DNA of 62,836 nt, the filler included, from Choristocarpus tenellus KU-1152 (lineage: Eukaryota > Protista > Phaeophyceae), in assembly GCA_964200185.2 (NCBI GenBank). It is 11 parts of 11 records of this genome, joined end to end, with 100 filler letters (N's around TTAATTAATTAA, not from the genome) between each part and the next. Parts side by side here need not be neighbours in the genome. Positions count along the whole stretch, not along the records: positions 48,122 to 57,399 come from CAXNAD020003822.1; positions 57,500 to 62,836 come from CAXNAD020011108.1; 9 more parts are not named here. The stretch is one strand, 5' to 3'. This document shows, piece by piece, positions 51,475 to 62,836 of the stretch. A program made the position numbers and the translations under genes. Below the pieces are notes generated by a model that was not told the DNA's origin, searched no databases, and saw nothing but the letters and a program-made list of their open reading frames with translations. Within the stretch, counting starts at the first letter, position 1, and every line of letters starts with the position of its first letter.

Positions 51475-54400
51475 TCAACTGTACATGAAGGAGATAAATC
51501 TTGACATCACACAAACAGCAAAAAACGAGTAGAACGAGTAGGCAAGGGGAAAGGATCGGGTGTTATTGGTAGTTCAGCACTTCATAGTTAATTTATTGAG
51601 CTTCGCTGGCATCAGTGTTTTGGCAATGTTACGATATTGATGCCACTGGCAATTAAGCAGATGCAAGATGCATGTCACATGCTCTTAGGGTAGCAAACTT
51701 ATATGAGCATAGGGGCTCAGTCCAGGGTTAATCAAGGACCAAAGCGACCATTGTACAAGGGGCACTGTTTGGATCAAGGGCTACAACATCACCTTTCGGG
51801 GGGGAGGCAAGTTGCTGCCTTAATCAGATTTTTTTTAGTTCTGTCAACTACAAAATTGGAGATGAGGGGAGAGTCAAACGGTGCGAGATTTATTTATTTA
51901 TTTCCTGAAGCAGTGCAAGCAATTCGACATGTTCCATTATTGGTTTCATTCATATTCACTATATTTCACTGACTAAACTGGTGATTCAGGTATCATGCAC
52001 ATATTGTTGACACCATTCAGAACAAACCACAGGATATTTACACTTTATGCAATTCAGATATATTACTTTGTTCAATTCTTCCACATCACACATATCTATC
52101 TTCTTCGGAAGGAGATATCACGTTACAAGGTGGTGACTGTTGGGTTCCTTATCAATCATGGGGCCTTCAATTTCCATAATCCATTCACTTCAGTCCTATT
52201 ACATGCACCAATAAGGACGGATAAGTCACCCTCCTCACAAGTGCCTTCCACAACCAAGTCCCAACAACCATCCAAATAAAGAGAGAGCTGCGCAGGGATG
52301 CAAACATTTTATGTAGTGACAAACATGTGTATCTAGTGACAACCAGACTCCCTACAAAAAAAAATTGGCCCTGTTCAACTGTTGAATGGTGTTAGTCCAT
52401 CAACAATAGCATAACTCACAAAACTCTTACTCAGGAAGGCATCCTGCGGACTGGCGTTGAGATACTGTTGGAACTGGCAGGGTATTTTTTGAACAGGGCT
52501 GTCATCCAACATGCAGAAGTTGCAAGCAACCCTAATCGAGTGCCTAACCCATCATCCTGAGTGCTCCAGGAGCGCATGCTCGGGCTATGAGGTTCATTTT
52601 GCCACACTGCGTGGCCTAAGCAAGGGACTAACTCTAACCCTAAACAAAACCTTGCCATGCATAGTTATGTTCCAGTTATGTTCTATATGATGCGGAAAAC
52701 TCTTGACCACATTCGGTGAGGGTTACAACTAAATACAAAGCTACAAAATAATGATCCAAAGTATTTTTAAATGTGGTAACAGAAAAATGCTGAGGGCTTT
52801 AGCAGGCCCAACACAATTTAGAAGGGCAACGAAGTGGCTGAATGGTCCCGCACAAAAACTCAAAGTCATGACCTAAACGGTGTTAACTAAAACGTATTAT
52901 TTATTGAGACAAGGGAGATACCAAGTTTATTGATGTAGTGCTCTAGACTATTCTTAAAAATTGCACCTTAACCTAACAACATTGTCTATGAGTTTGAAGT
53001 CCAAGCCCATCCCCCGTCTTGGTATGTCGACTTTTTTTTATCATGAAAGACTAATCAACCAACATACAGCTCTTTCCAAAACAAAAGGTTCAACCTAGAC
53101 AACGCCAATATACCTCTACAAAACCGCGACCCTTCACTAAATGTTAGTGTGTACAATTAATGCACATCATCTTTTAAATAGAAAAGTGGTTCCCCTTTGT
53201 CAATGGGCAATAATAAAGATTACATAAGCTAGACAACACGCACATCAACTACACAGGATCAAGTTCAAAGGTATGTATTGGCACTAGCTCGGGCAAGGGT
53301 ACAAGCATGGCACCCAACAGAATGAGCAAGACCCTTGTACAATACAAAAAAGATGTGGCAGGCCTAAGCACATCTTGTAGCTCCCACACAATCAACACTA
53401 CTTCTGCACTTAGGGTTATTTACACACGATTTTACATGGTCATCTACTACTACCCCAGCCCCTCTGAAAGCTCTCGCCAGCAACATGTCCCACCTGTGCA
53501 ACAAAACACTTCCCACTCAGTCTCAATTCTCAACTAGGGCTAGGGTGAGCAATCAACGGCAAATAATACTTTATTCAAAATGCAAATTGAAAAATACGTA
53601 ATCCTTACAACAAATCTGAAAACAGTATCCCAGCCAACCCTCCCAAGTTCCTTGAGACATTGCACAAATGAAATCCTGAAAGAACAATCCAAAGAGGTGA
53701 AACTTGGCATACACAGAAATACACACATGTATCTTTGGTCGGAAGTGGGAAAGGAAAAAAGGAGAGCCTTCATGCCGAGCTAATCAATAAAAACAAAAAG
53801 ATTGTGGGTCACAGATGTAACACTAAGGGACAAGATATCATATGAACACGAATATTACAGAGGGAAACAGCCTGCACGACACATCTACCTCATAAGAGGC
53901 ATTCATTCTGAAACTTCCATTACCCGTTCCACAAGATTAGTATTGGTACTTGTAGTATCGACTTCACACTTAATAAGAAAGAGTGGGGCGGGGGTGCAGT
54001 GGGAGTACGATATAGTGGGACATGGTAGGGAAAACCCGGTTGGTTGTGCTCACTCTTCAATGCTTATGGTACCGTCACCATCCTTATCAGCGACCTTCAC
54101 CAGCAGGTCGATCTCTTCATCTGAAAGCTTGTCGCCCAGGCCCCGCATAATCTCAGCCAACTCCAATGGAGTGATCTGTAATATAAGAATTACAAAAAGA
54201 AGCAAGGTACGCCATGAAGCTGTCTTACAGTGGTGTCTATCACGAGCAGGTGTGTAATTGGTAACCGGAGTAACACATTTGTGTTACCAAGATCAGTTAC
54301 TCTACTTTTGCACAAAGTTACACTTCTTGCATTAAAAAAAAAAGGCACTGGACATCAGACTTTCCAAGCAACCAAGGAGACACAGTCCGAACAATCACAC

Positions 54401-56299
54401 CATCACATCGAACGCCAATGTTCTCAGCAAACCCCCCTCAAATCTGACAGAACTGTGAAACAAAAAATTATATATACATATATATATGTGTGTGTTTGGG
54501 AATCTGTGTCATGGTGAATGTGTTCTCGAATGAATCACACCATACCACACCACACCTCTCCATCCCCATCCTTGTCAAAGAACTCAAATGCCTCCTTGAT
54601 CTCAATGTCGAAGTCAGTCTCCACATCCCCAGCCTGCATCATGCTGACAAATTCGTCATAGGTGAGGACACCGTCGTTATTTTCATCCACCTTAGAAAGA
54701 CAAGGCAAAGAATGTTCAGGGTTGGAGATGCTACCAAGGCCCAAGACCTCCCAAAGGTAAGCAGCTCTAGATCATGTTTCAAGAGTCGTTATCAGCATGT
54801 TTATAGGATATTTTCATCAATCACTATACTAATATCCAAATGAGGGAGCTCCTTAGCACACAATGAGACCCTTCCAGGTCACATGTTGTGCTGAGATATT
54901 GTCTGGCCACATCACCATAATAGCGACTGACTCAACTAACGTATATCATACAGCAAACTGGTATGGTCTACAACAATCATTTGTACCAACTACATGAAAA
55001 CGATTTATGCTACAACGAAGACATCAGCTCATCCTTCGCGGGTCACTTCATGTGGTATTCATACTTGCATCAAGGACAAAAACACAGAAGCAGAACGCAG
55101 ATTGTGAGATATCACACAATACACTGATAGTAGTGATATTGGATTATCACATCATAGCCAGCAAGAAAAAGCAGGAAAGTCTCTTTGTCATGGACAAAGT
55201 CAAGCACATTTATCAACAGTCCTTTGCAGCAGAACGACTTACTTGACCATGTGCAATGGTGATAACATCGGGCACTATTATTAGCATCAATAGTGTACTT
55301 ATGTACTGCAGGAAGACACATCGGCCCCTCGCCCTATAAAATCTAACAAAAAAAAAGATGTGTATACGGCAGTCTTCACTTTGACGGGCTCGCTTGCATA
55401 AAAAAAGGAGTTATTTGATCTCAGCAATCATTATCAGGCTCAAAAAAAATTACGTGTATAAATCAAGGCATCATCTCCACATGCGGAGGCAGAAGAAGTA
55501 TGATACATTGTTGGTGGTGAAAAAGATGTCTCTGCAGTACTGGTGCACGAACAGATTTGATCTTAAAAAATATGAACAAGAATGTTGAAATCATCCACAC
55601 TCTAACCATTTCAAGATGTCAACGTACATGTAGAGATGAACATTTTCAAGGAACAATCTGCACTTTGATAACCTAAAACCATCAACACACAAGTCAACAT
55701 GCACCAGAGGGGCTCATTGACCAAGGTTGCAGGGAGGATATCCCGAGGATAAGAGATGACCATTTCCTCTGCTTGGTAATACACATAAGCTGCAGGTCTT
55801 CAAAGACTGCAACAGTTATTGCACTAAATTCAAATTTAGAAACCGAACGGTCCCTCAACACAGATAAGACCTCGCCTACAGAAGGACAAGGACTTCGCGG
55901 GACCTCGGATATTATTTACTCCCTACATCAGTCGTCACCATATACCTCGTAGACTCAACTACGAAATGTTGGTAAAAATGGGCACCTTCATTCTTCCAAT
56001 CCATGCACAATACAAAGGCGTACAACTTGGTGGCTTATCCATCACTGGCGCACAAGGCATCATTGCTTGGGCGGAAAAGTAGGAGCCTACAATAAACAGA
56101 TCACTAGCGAAGATAAAGGCGAGCATTTCACCTTATTCATCATTTCCTTGAGCTGTTGATTGGTGGGAGAGTATCCGAGGGAACGCATTACCACTCCCAG
56201 CTCCACTTGGTCGATAGTGCCATCGCCATTCTTGTCGAAGTTATTGAAAGCTTCTTGATAGTCCTCCTTCTCATCCTCCGTGAGCTCCTTCTTCGGCAT
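51475..56299 (-). CDS. Calmodulin-like protein, 149 aa, four EF-hands (complete, 4 exons)
   Basis: Exons 56299-56132, 54690-54556, 54175-54054 and 51499-51475 (GT-AG, in frame). Loops DKNGDGTIDQVE, DENNDGVLTYDE, DKDGDGEITPLE, DKDGDGTISIEE; ends EFISFMYS*. Confidence 0.92.
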
Positions 56300-57368
56300 G
56301 ACGATTCTAATGTATTCGACATAGAGTACACCATGTTTCGAAAGATAACAAATGCCATTATTTACCAGTGGCTGTGGTCAGGATCAGATGTGTCTATATG
56401 GGAAGTCAGTCGAGAGAGAGTCCGAAAGCTCTTTCCCAATGAGGTCTGTCGACCCGAAATGTGGAGGAAAACAGTAGAACATACGCTCAAAGTACATTTC
56501 GCACGACCATAGGATGGTATACCCATAAAATACGACTAACCTGGTGGCGTAGATAGGGGTGAGGTTGACGGATGAGGTCCTTGGCTGTTGTCCACTACAG
56601 CCCTAAGGAAGTATTGTTGGTAGGAATTCCTCCTGCAAGTAATTCAGTACTAGAACAATGGTAAATTATACACTCCCCAACAATAGTAATTGGACAATGG
56701 AAGAATAGTATTGTACACTGTTTGTTGTAGAGTAGTAAGGCATTGTTATAGAGTGAAATCTAACAATATAATATCATAGAAATTTTCAAGATTATTATCA
56801 TACCTAGAATATCTTTTTATGCCCATTCCCATCACCATCGTTCCAACCCACCATACAGATAGGATGGTGAATTGTTTTTAGTTGTTGATAGAAGGGTGTA
56901 GTAGACTGTACAAAGCAGGAAGGACGGAAAGTCCACACAGAATCATTTGCGGAACGTGTGGTTCAGTAGTATAAACCCAATGTGGACACTTCTTGATCGT
57001 CTCAAACGTCCTACCAACATGAACGTGCACTTCGACCCTCTCGGTCCCTGATTCTCACAATTATTGTGAGGAGCAGGAATGATTATGTGTACTAAACAAA
57101 AAACATTCCAGCCACCTCTTCCCGAATTGCCTGCGTTGAACTTTGGCCATTGGGGACGTTACATAACATCTCCTTGTATTTCCTCAGTGCTGTGTGTGAG
57201 ATGTGATATCCAAAAGTGGTGGGTTGTGGATGGAATGTCAAAGTTGAATGGGATATCAAGATAGTTACGGATGTATTGACTTTTAGTTTTTCTCTCATGA
57301 CGTCAATTGTATTGAATGAGAATGTGTGATGACTTGAAAACGTTTCCCTGCTACTGAGGTACGTTTGT

Positions 57369-57399
57369 GATCCAAAGTATCTGGGAGGGGGGGGGGGGG
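57369..57399. mobile_element. MITE family B left end (contig end)
   Basis: GATCCAAAGTATCTGGGAGGGGG... Confidence 0.8.
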
Positions 57400-57499
57400 N
57401 NNNNNNNNNNNNNNNNNNNNNNNNNNNNNNNNNNNNNNNNNNNTTAATTAATTAANNNNNNNNNNNNNNNNNNNNNNNNNNNNNNNNNNNNNNNNNNNN
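57400..57499. other. Artificial contig-join linker
   Basis: N44-TTAATTAATTAA-N44. Confidence 0.98.
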
Positions 57500-59262
57500 G
57501 GGTCTGTTGGATTCTTGGGGTGCCTCCCTAGCTCCCCCCGCCGGGGCACAGGAATAGGTAGATGGAAAGCAAAGGACGACAGTAGTACAATATTTTATAT
57601 TGGTGAAGTAACTGATAGATTAGTGGTTTCCACACTTATATCTTTTGTAGTGTTCTTATGTTTAGAATATTTGATTTCTTTAGGGCTAATTTTGACATAT
57701 GTATATAGTTTTCATTGGTTTCCCCCCTGACACATCTTCAAAATGTCAGAGGGCATAATAATAATGTATATAGACCAGTGGTACAATATAGATAGTTTTA
57801 TAACCTCAACACCTTTGCGGTAGAAATTTTTGGGCGCCTCGACAAGCAAGCAGAATGCTTCCTGGATGAGCTGGCTACACACATGGTGGGAGGGAGAGGA
57901 ACTGGAGGATTTAGCAGAAAAGGAGTAGTCAAATCCCGGCTACACCAAATTGTCTCGGTGACTACGCAAGTGACACTATCTAGATGTGACATGCATTATC
58001 AGATAGAGTCACCAGAGAGATGGGCACAGAGGGGTTTATAGAATTGTTGGGATGCCTCCCTAGCTCCTCCCCCCGGGGCGCAGGAGTAGGTAGATTGGAA
58101 GCACAGGAAGGTACAATATTGATAGTGGTGAAGTAATAGATATTCACATTTATAGTGTTTTATAGTATTTTTCACATTTATGATATTTTATTTCTTAAGG
58201 GCTTATATTGGACCCAAAGTATCTGGGGATTGGAGGGGGTCTACACCAGGGTGTCCATTTGGGGAAAAATCAGGAAAAGTGCACTTACATTATCCATCCG
58301 ACATACGCAACCAAATCACCCAAAATTTGCGACAAAAAAAATTGATCCCAAATGGACAGCCGCCACTCCCCCCCCAGATACTTAGAGCCTTGACATATGT
58401 ATAGTCTTCATTTGTTTCCCCCCTGACACATCTGCAAAATGTCAGAAGGCATAATAATAATACATGTACATAGTTATAACCTCAACACCTTTGCGGTGGA
58501 AAGTTTTGGGCGCCTCGACAAGCAAGTGGAATGCTTCCTGGATGAGCTGACTACTCACATATTGGGGGGGAGAGGAACTGGAGGATTTAGCAGAAAAGGA
58601 GTAGTCAAATCCCAGCTACGCCAGATTGTTTCGGTGACTACACAAGTGGCACTGTCTAGACGTATCATGCATTTTAAGCTAGAGTCACCAGGGAGATGGG
58701 CAAGGAGGGGTTTATTGGATTCTTGGGATGCCGCCTAGCTCCTCCCTCCGGGGTGCAGGAGTAGGTAGATTGCAAGCACAGGAAGGCAGTAGTACAGTAT
58801 TGATGGTGAAGTAACGAATAGATTAGTGTCTTTCATATTTATAGTGTTTTATAGCGTTTTTTCACATTTATGATATATTTTTTCTTTAGGGCTTATACTG
58901 GCATATGTATAGCCTTCATTTGTTTCCCCCCTGAGACATCTGTAAAATGTCAGGGGACATAATAATAAAATATAGATAGTAGCGAAATAATAAATATATG
59001 AAATGTTTCTAACATTTGTGATATATTTTGCTTCTTTAGGATTTATACTGACATGTGAATAGTTTTCATTCGTTTTCCCCCTTACACATTTGAAAAATGT
59101 CAGAAAAATGTCAGAGGAACTGGAGGATATACCAGGAAAGGAACGATCAAATCCCGCCTACGCCAAATAGTTTCAGTGACAACGCAAGTGGCACTGTCTA
59201 GACGTGTCATGCGTTTTAAGCTGGAATCACCAGGATGGTGGGCACGGAGGGGTTTGTTGGAT
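57500..59262 (+). mobile_element. Head-to-tail array of 5'-truncated CRE-like 3' ends
   Basis: Units ~57500-57765, 57793-58461, 58471-58968, 58972-59105 and 59112-59262, all homologous to 170-671; most end in the CTGACA..TGTCAG hairpin + ATAATAATA. Confidence 0.88.
58211..58389. mobile_element. MITE family B inserted in a CRE-like 3' UTR
   Basis: GACCCAAAGTATCTGGGG...CCCCAGATACTTAGAGCC; TSD TTG/TTG confirmed by empty sites in sister units (gcttata.tgacatatg). Confidence 0.92.
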
Positions 59263-60567
59263 TTAGCGACTACACCATTGCTGGTTAAAGGTTGTCTGTA
59301 CTTTTGCGAATGTGACATCTAGTAGATGGGCTTTGTCCCGGTAGGGGGCTGTTCCAGCGTCCCCCAGTGCCCCTGCATGAAAAACTCGATCCATGCGGAG
59401 ATTTCTGTCAACCGTGGAGGGGCTGCCGTACTTCATAGTGCAAGGAATGCCTATCCGCTTGCATAGTTGGCTTAGGCGTTTCACCATTGGAGTGTGCTGT
59501 CGAACCTGCCCTCCTGCTCAGGGCCAGGTACGGGCATATCTGGTATCGACATTTTGCCTCCTGCACCCTGCCACTGGACACCTGTTTGAGAGGGCCTCCT
59601 CCCTCCCTGAGCGTCTGCTGACGGTAAGCTTGAATTCTTGAGGGGGGATCTGTCATACTGGTTCCAAAGGATATGTTGAGGCCCATTCGTTTGCCCCTTG
59701 TCCACGCTGGCTCTGGTGGCACGCTAGGGCCAATGAGGAGCTTTCCTTCCCCTGGTGTGCTTTGCTTGGTAGGCCGGCCAGTTGTGTCCTGAAGGAGTCG
59801 AAATGGATCCTATTCAGGAGGCGTGTGATCTCATGTTGAGCCCTCCTTGTGATCCTGGCGTCATGAGCTGCCAGGATGTGGACCTCTGGGGAAGATGTAG
59901 AGGGTGTTGTTCCCCCCCAGGTTACCCAGTCTTGGCCAATGATTTCTGCAAGGTCTTCTGAGGGGATACCTGTGGAAGGGAGTGAATGGACAATCCTAAA
60001 GCCTGTACTGTGGGGCTCGTGCAGACAGCTTGTGGTAGGGACTCGCCATGAGGCCCTTGCTGCCTTGATAGGAGGGTAGGGAGAGTAGCCACCAGTGATC
60101 CTACAAAAGCTGCATGTTGGCGGTGTTTCATAGAGGAGAGGTCCAGACCCCCTGCACTTGAGGGCATTTGTACCTGTACTTGTTGATGGGTCTCTAGGCG
60201 GAGAGACCCATTTTTGCACCCTCCCTCGAAGAAATATGTCACCTATATTGAGTCTCCCACCTCCATTGTCCTCTCTAGTGTCCACAGTGAGTTGTTGTCT
60301 GCTTGCTCCATGGTGGAACGTACGAGGAGGGGGGGAGTGACCCTCGCAAGATAACCTAGCGGGAGGACAGGGACTAGGAGTTGAGGAGCCAGGCCACCTT
60401 TTTGTCCTCCATCTTGCTGAGGTGTGTGGCCAAAGCTTGTGTGCCAGAGCTCTCGACCACCTCAGCCATATGAGCTTGGATAAAGCCATCTATCTGTTCC
60501 CACAGAAGCCCTCACTGTTAAAAAAACATTGAGGTTCTGGGCTAGGTTGATTCCCACTGCAGCGAGG

Positions 60568-60826
60568 GAGTCAAAGTATCTTAGATGATAGAGCCGCGTC
60601 CATTTGGGGGTCAAAATATAAGGTCGCGATTTTGATGTAATTTGGCTATCGTGTTTGTTAGGAAGTGTAAATATCCAATGTTCTGGACACAACTTTTCAT
60701 ATAATATACATTTTAACTACTCCTAAACATTTTGGAGTAGAAAAATGTAATAAAAAACCCCATGGAAAGCCAAGCCCAAAATGGACAAACAGGGCAAGAC
60801 TTGTACCCTCTAAGATACTTTCCCTC
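60568..60826 (-). mobile_element. MITE family A inserted in the CRE-like RT
   Basis: Both TIRs; 3-bp TSD AGG/AGG. Removing the element and one TSD restores ..RELL-AAVGI.. in frame. Confidence 0.92.
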
Positions 60827-61497
60827 AGGAGCTCCCGTTCTGAGGGCATGGGTTGGTAGCCCTGGGGAGGTGTGGCAAAGGTCCTGTCCATGTTAAGGTC
60901 AATGCCTACCTTATCGAGATTAGTTTTGAACTGCTCGAGAGCAGCTATGGCGTTAGGGCCGATCTCCCTTGCAGATATGGATGTGTCATCCAGGTAGCTT
61001 CGGGAGGAAATCCCTTTGGGGTCCAAAAACAGATTGGACCTGTTGAAGGGCCTTGTGTGTTGCCATGCAATATAAGAGGGGGCCCAGTGGGTCTCCCTGT
61101 TGTGCCCCTGATCTTGATGGCAGGATCTTCATCCCTCCCTCATCCAGGGGGGAAAGAAGATTGCAGGTGTCCCCATATACCTTGGAGACATATGGCAGGA
61201 GTCCTGGTAGAGTCTCTGGGAGGGCCCGGATGAAAGCTGAGTGACGTACGCTGATGAAGGTATTTCTTCCGTCTCAACTGATGACCCACTCTCCACACTC
61301 ATTCTCACGCTCTACTCCATTTGGGATCCCATTGCCAAATTGTCCTACTCTGCCGAAGAATTCCTTCCAGGTAGGGGCGCCAGTTTGAGCAGAAAGCTGA
61401 AGTACATGTCCTTCTGAAGAAAGACCCGTAGGCAACCGGGTGAAACTTTTCCCCAATGGCGGACGGTCTGGAGTTTGTGTGAAGTGACCAGAACTCT

Positions 61498-61545
61498 GAC
61501 CCAAAGTATCTGGGGGGGAGGGGGGAGTCTACTCCAGGGTGTCCA
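61498..61545. mobile_element. MITE family B left part only
   Basis: GACCCAAAGTATCTGGGGGGG..GTCTACTCCAGGGTGTCCA matches 58211-58257, then homology stops abruptly. Confidence 0.85.
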
Positions 61546-61733
61546 AATGATAAAAGTTGTACTTGCAATGCAGCATAATGTAATTCCAGAAAGTTTACAT
61601 TTTAATAAACCTAATTCTAGAATATCGTGGAGTGATTTACCAATTGAGATAGTTGATAAAAATATATCTTGGCCTAATAACGAAAAAAAAAGAATATCGG
61701 GTATTAGTTCATTCGGATTTAGTGGAACTAATG
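61546..61733 (+). pseudogene. Fragment of a type I polyketide synthase ketosynthase domain (C-terminal part), bacterial-like
   Basis: MIKVVLAMQHNVIPESLHFNKPNSRISWSDLPIEIVDKNISWPNNEKKRISGISSFGFSGTN matches the KS consensus IKvvLam.h..iP..lhf..pnp.i.w...r.agvssFGfsGTNAH. Hand count ~29% GC versus ~54% in the adjacent right flank; no stops. Confidence 0.88.
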
Positions 61734-62411
61734 AGTCCGGGGAGGTGTAGGCTAGCTTCCATAGTTTTGCAAACGCCTCCGTCACTTCTTCGTGACCAAC
61801 ATCTGTCATGATGGCTGATCTGATGTGACTAGGGCGCATCTCGTCTGGACCTGATGCAAAGTTGCTGTTCGCTCTCATTAAGGCTGTTCGAAGGGAGGTG
61901 GGGGTGTACTTTCCTTCCGGGGGGCAGTACCTTTGTTCCCCAGATCGTGCATTCCCTTATACCCTGTCTTTTGCGTCTGTGATGGCCTACCTAAGCTCGT
62001 CCTGGTTCTCGCTCGGATGTTTGGGGACCAGTACACTGAATGTCTCCTCTGTCCCCGGGGCTCTGGGTTGTGCTAGGAGCACACTTGCCCCCTTGGAAAA
62101 TCCTCCATGGTGATGACCCAGAGCTGCAGCGCGTTCCTGGTGGAATTTGGGGTCCTCTCCAGGGCCCCCCCTACGTCTGTTGGTCCTCTGGGATCGTTCT
62201 AGTAGCCATGCGACCAGCTCTTGGATGCTTCCTAATGCCACCCGGGCAAATATTTCCTCCCTCTAGAATTTTCCATCATTTGCCAGTAAGAGGCCAAAGA
62301 CCATATGGAAGAGGTTGAACGCTCTGATGACCCCTATTGTTGGTGTGTCTCCCTCCAGCCTTGGGGCAGCTACCTCATGTATCAGGAGATCCACAGTGTG
62401 CATGAGGATGA

Positions 62412-62592
62412 GGATCAAAATATCTGGGAGGGAGTGGCGGCTGTCCGTTTGAGGCCCATTTTTCCATGCCGCAATTTTTGGGTGATTTGATTGCATGTGG
62501 CGGATGGATAATGTAAGTGAATTTTTGCTGTTCATAGCCCAAATGGACACCCTGGTGTAGCCCCCTCCCCCCCCTTCCAGATACTTTGAGTC
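62412..62592. mobile_element. MITE family B
   Basis: GGATCAAAATATCTGGG...CCAGATACTTTGAGTC; TSD TGA/TGA. Confidence 0.9.
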
Positions 62593-62836
62593 TGATTGTG
62601 TGGGCGGTGCGGAACCCGCGCGAGACCTTAACCGTGGTGACGTTTACCTGCTCCAGGGTCTCCATCTGGACTTGGTCAAGGGCAGAAGCTACTGGACTTG
62701 AAGTGTGAACCCCCCAAGGTAGACGTGTATGTGGTGGTAGGTGGCCTAGATTTTCTATGGAGGGGGGGGGTAGTGGGGGTAGGTGGTGGTGGTGGTGATG
62801 GTGATGGTGGTTGGAGCGAGGAAGGAGGTGGGGTGG

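Larger units (their letters stand above)
59263..62660 (-). mobile_element. Degenerate CRE-like non-LTR retrotransposon (RT + REL), interrupted by three MITEs and a foreign fragment
   Basis: Minus-strand motifs in order: GGFSKG..VL..P.APG...T...L..KHP; SGPD..R..HI; EFW...GEKFHPVAYG..FRR; QFGNGIPNGVE; QGP..GP; SYLDD; GGL.L; NLRMD....GAL; HLLDVTF. Many stops and frameshifts. Confidence 0.85.

Noticed and set aside
6982-57499. Recurrent palindrome TTAATTAATTAA
   Set aside because: It is always centred in identical 100-bp N blocks: an artificial contig linker, not biology. ORFs that run into it are artefacts.
61475-61750. Functional PKS gene or biosynthetic cluster
   Set aside because: Only ~62 codons of KS, with no catalytic Cys region, no splice sites linking to other PKS domains and no neighbouring biosynthetic genes.
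61345-61878. 177-aa minus-strand ORF as a real protein
   Set aside because: It is a chance read-through of LINE, antisense KS fragment and MITE sequence.

Overview
This is eukaryotic, intron-rich, repeat-dense DNA, not one locus. It consists of 11 short contigs joined by ten artificial 100-bp linkers (N44-TTAATTAATTAA-N44), so adjacency across linkers means nothing. A bipartite plastid-type presequence, TTAGGG-type repeats and long GT-AG introns suggest a photosynthetic stramenopile, probably a brown alga (inference). Host genes reconstructed by hand from splice sites: a Maf/YhdE-type nucleotide pyrophosphatase with a putative plastid presequence (6 exons, 3' end missing); the 5' part of a WHEP-domain protein (probable aminoacyl-tRNA synthetase) lying head-to-head with a putative winged-helix gene; the last exon of Snf7/CHMP4; a complete 149-aa four-EF-hand calmodulin-like gene; and partial unknown genes. 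Mobile DNA: CRE-like (RT + REL endonuclease) non-LTR elements including a tandem array of 3' ends, a Ty3/Gypsy pol, a solo LTR, IS630/Tc1-like and PIF/Harbinger-like transposase relics, and three MITE families. Two of these MITE families (17 copies) share a CAAAGTATC terminal core and a GTCCATTTGG subterminal motif, with 3-4 bp TSDs. The most anomalous signal is a ~190-bp, ~29% GC, stop-free fragment of a bacterial-type type I PKS ketosynthase that replaces the right part of a MITE nested in a LINE (61546-61733). It is either foreign filler DNA or an assembly chimera. I found no clear, complete novel multi-gene system.
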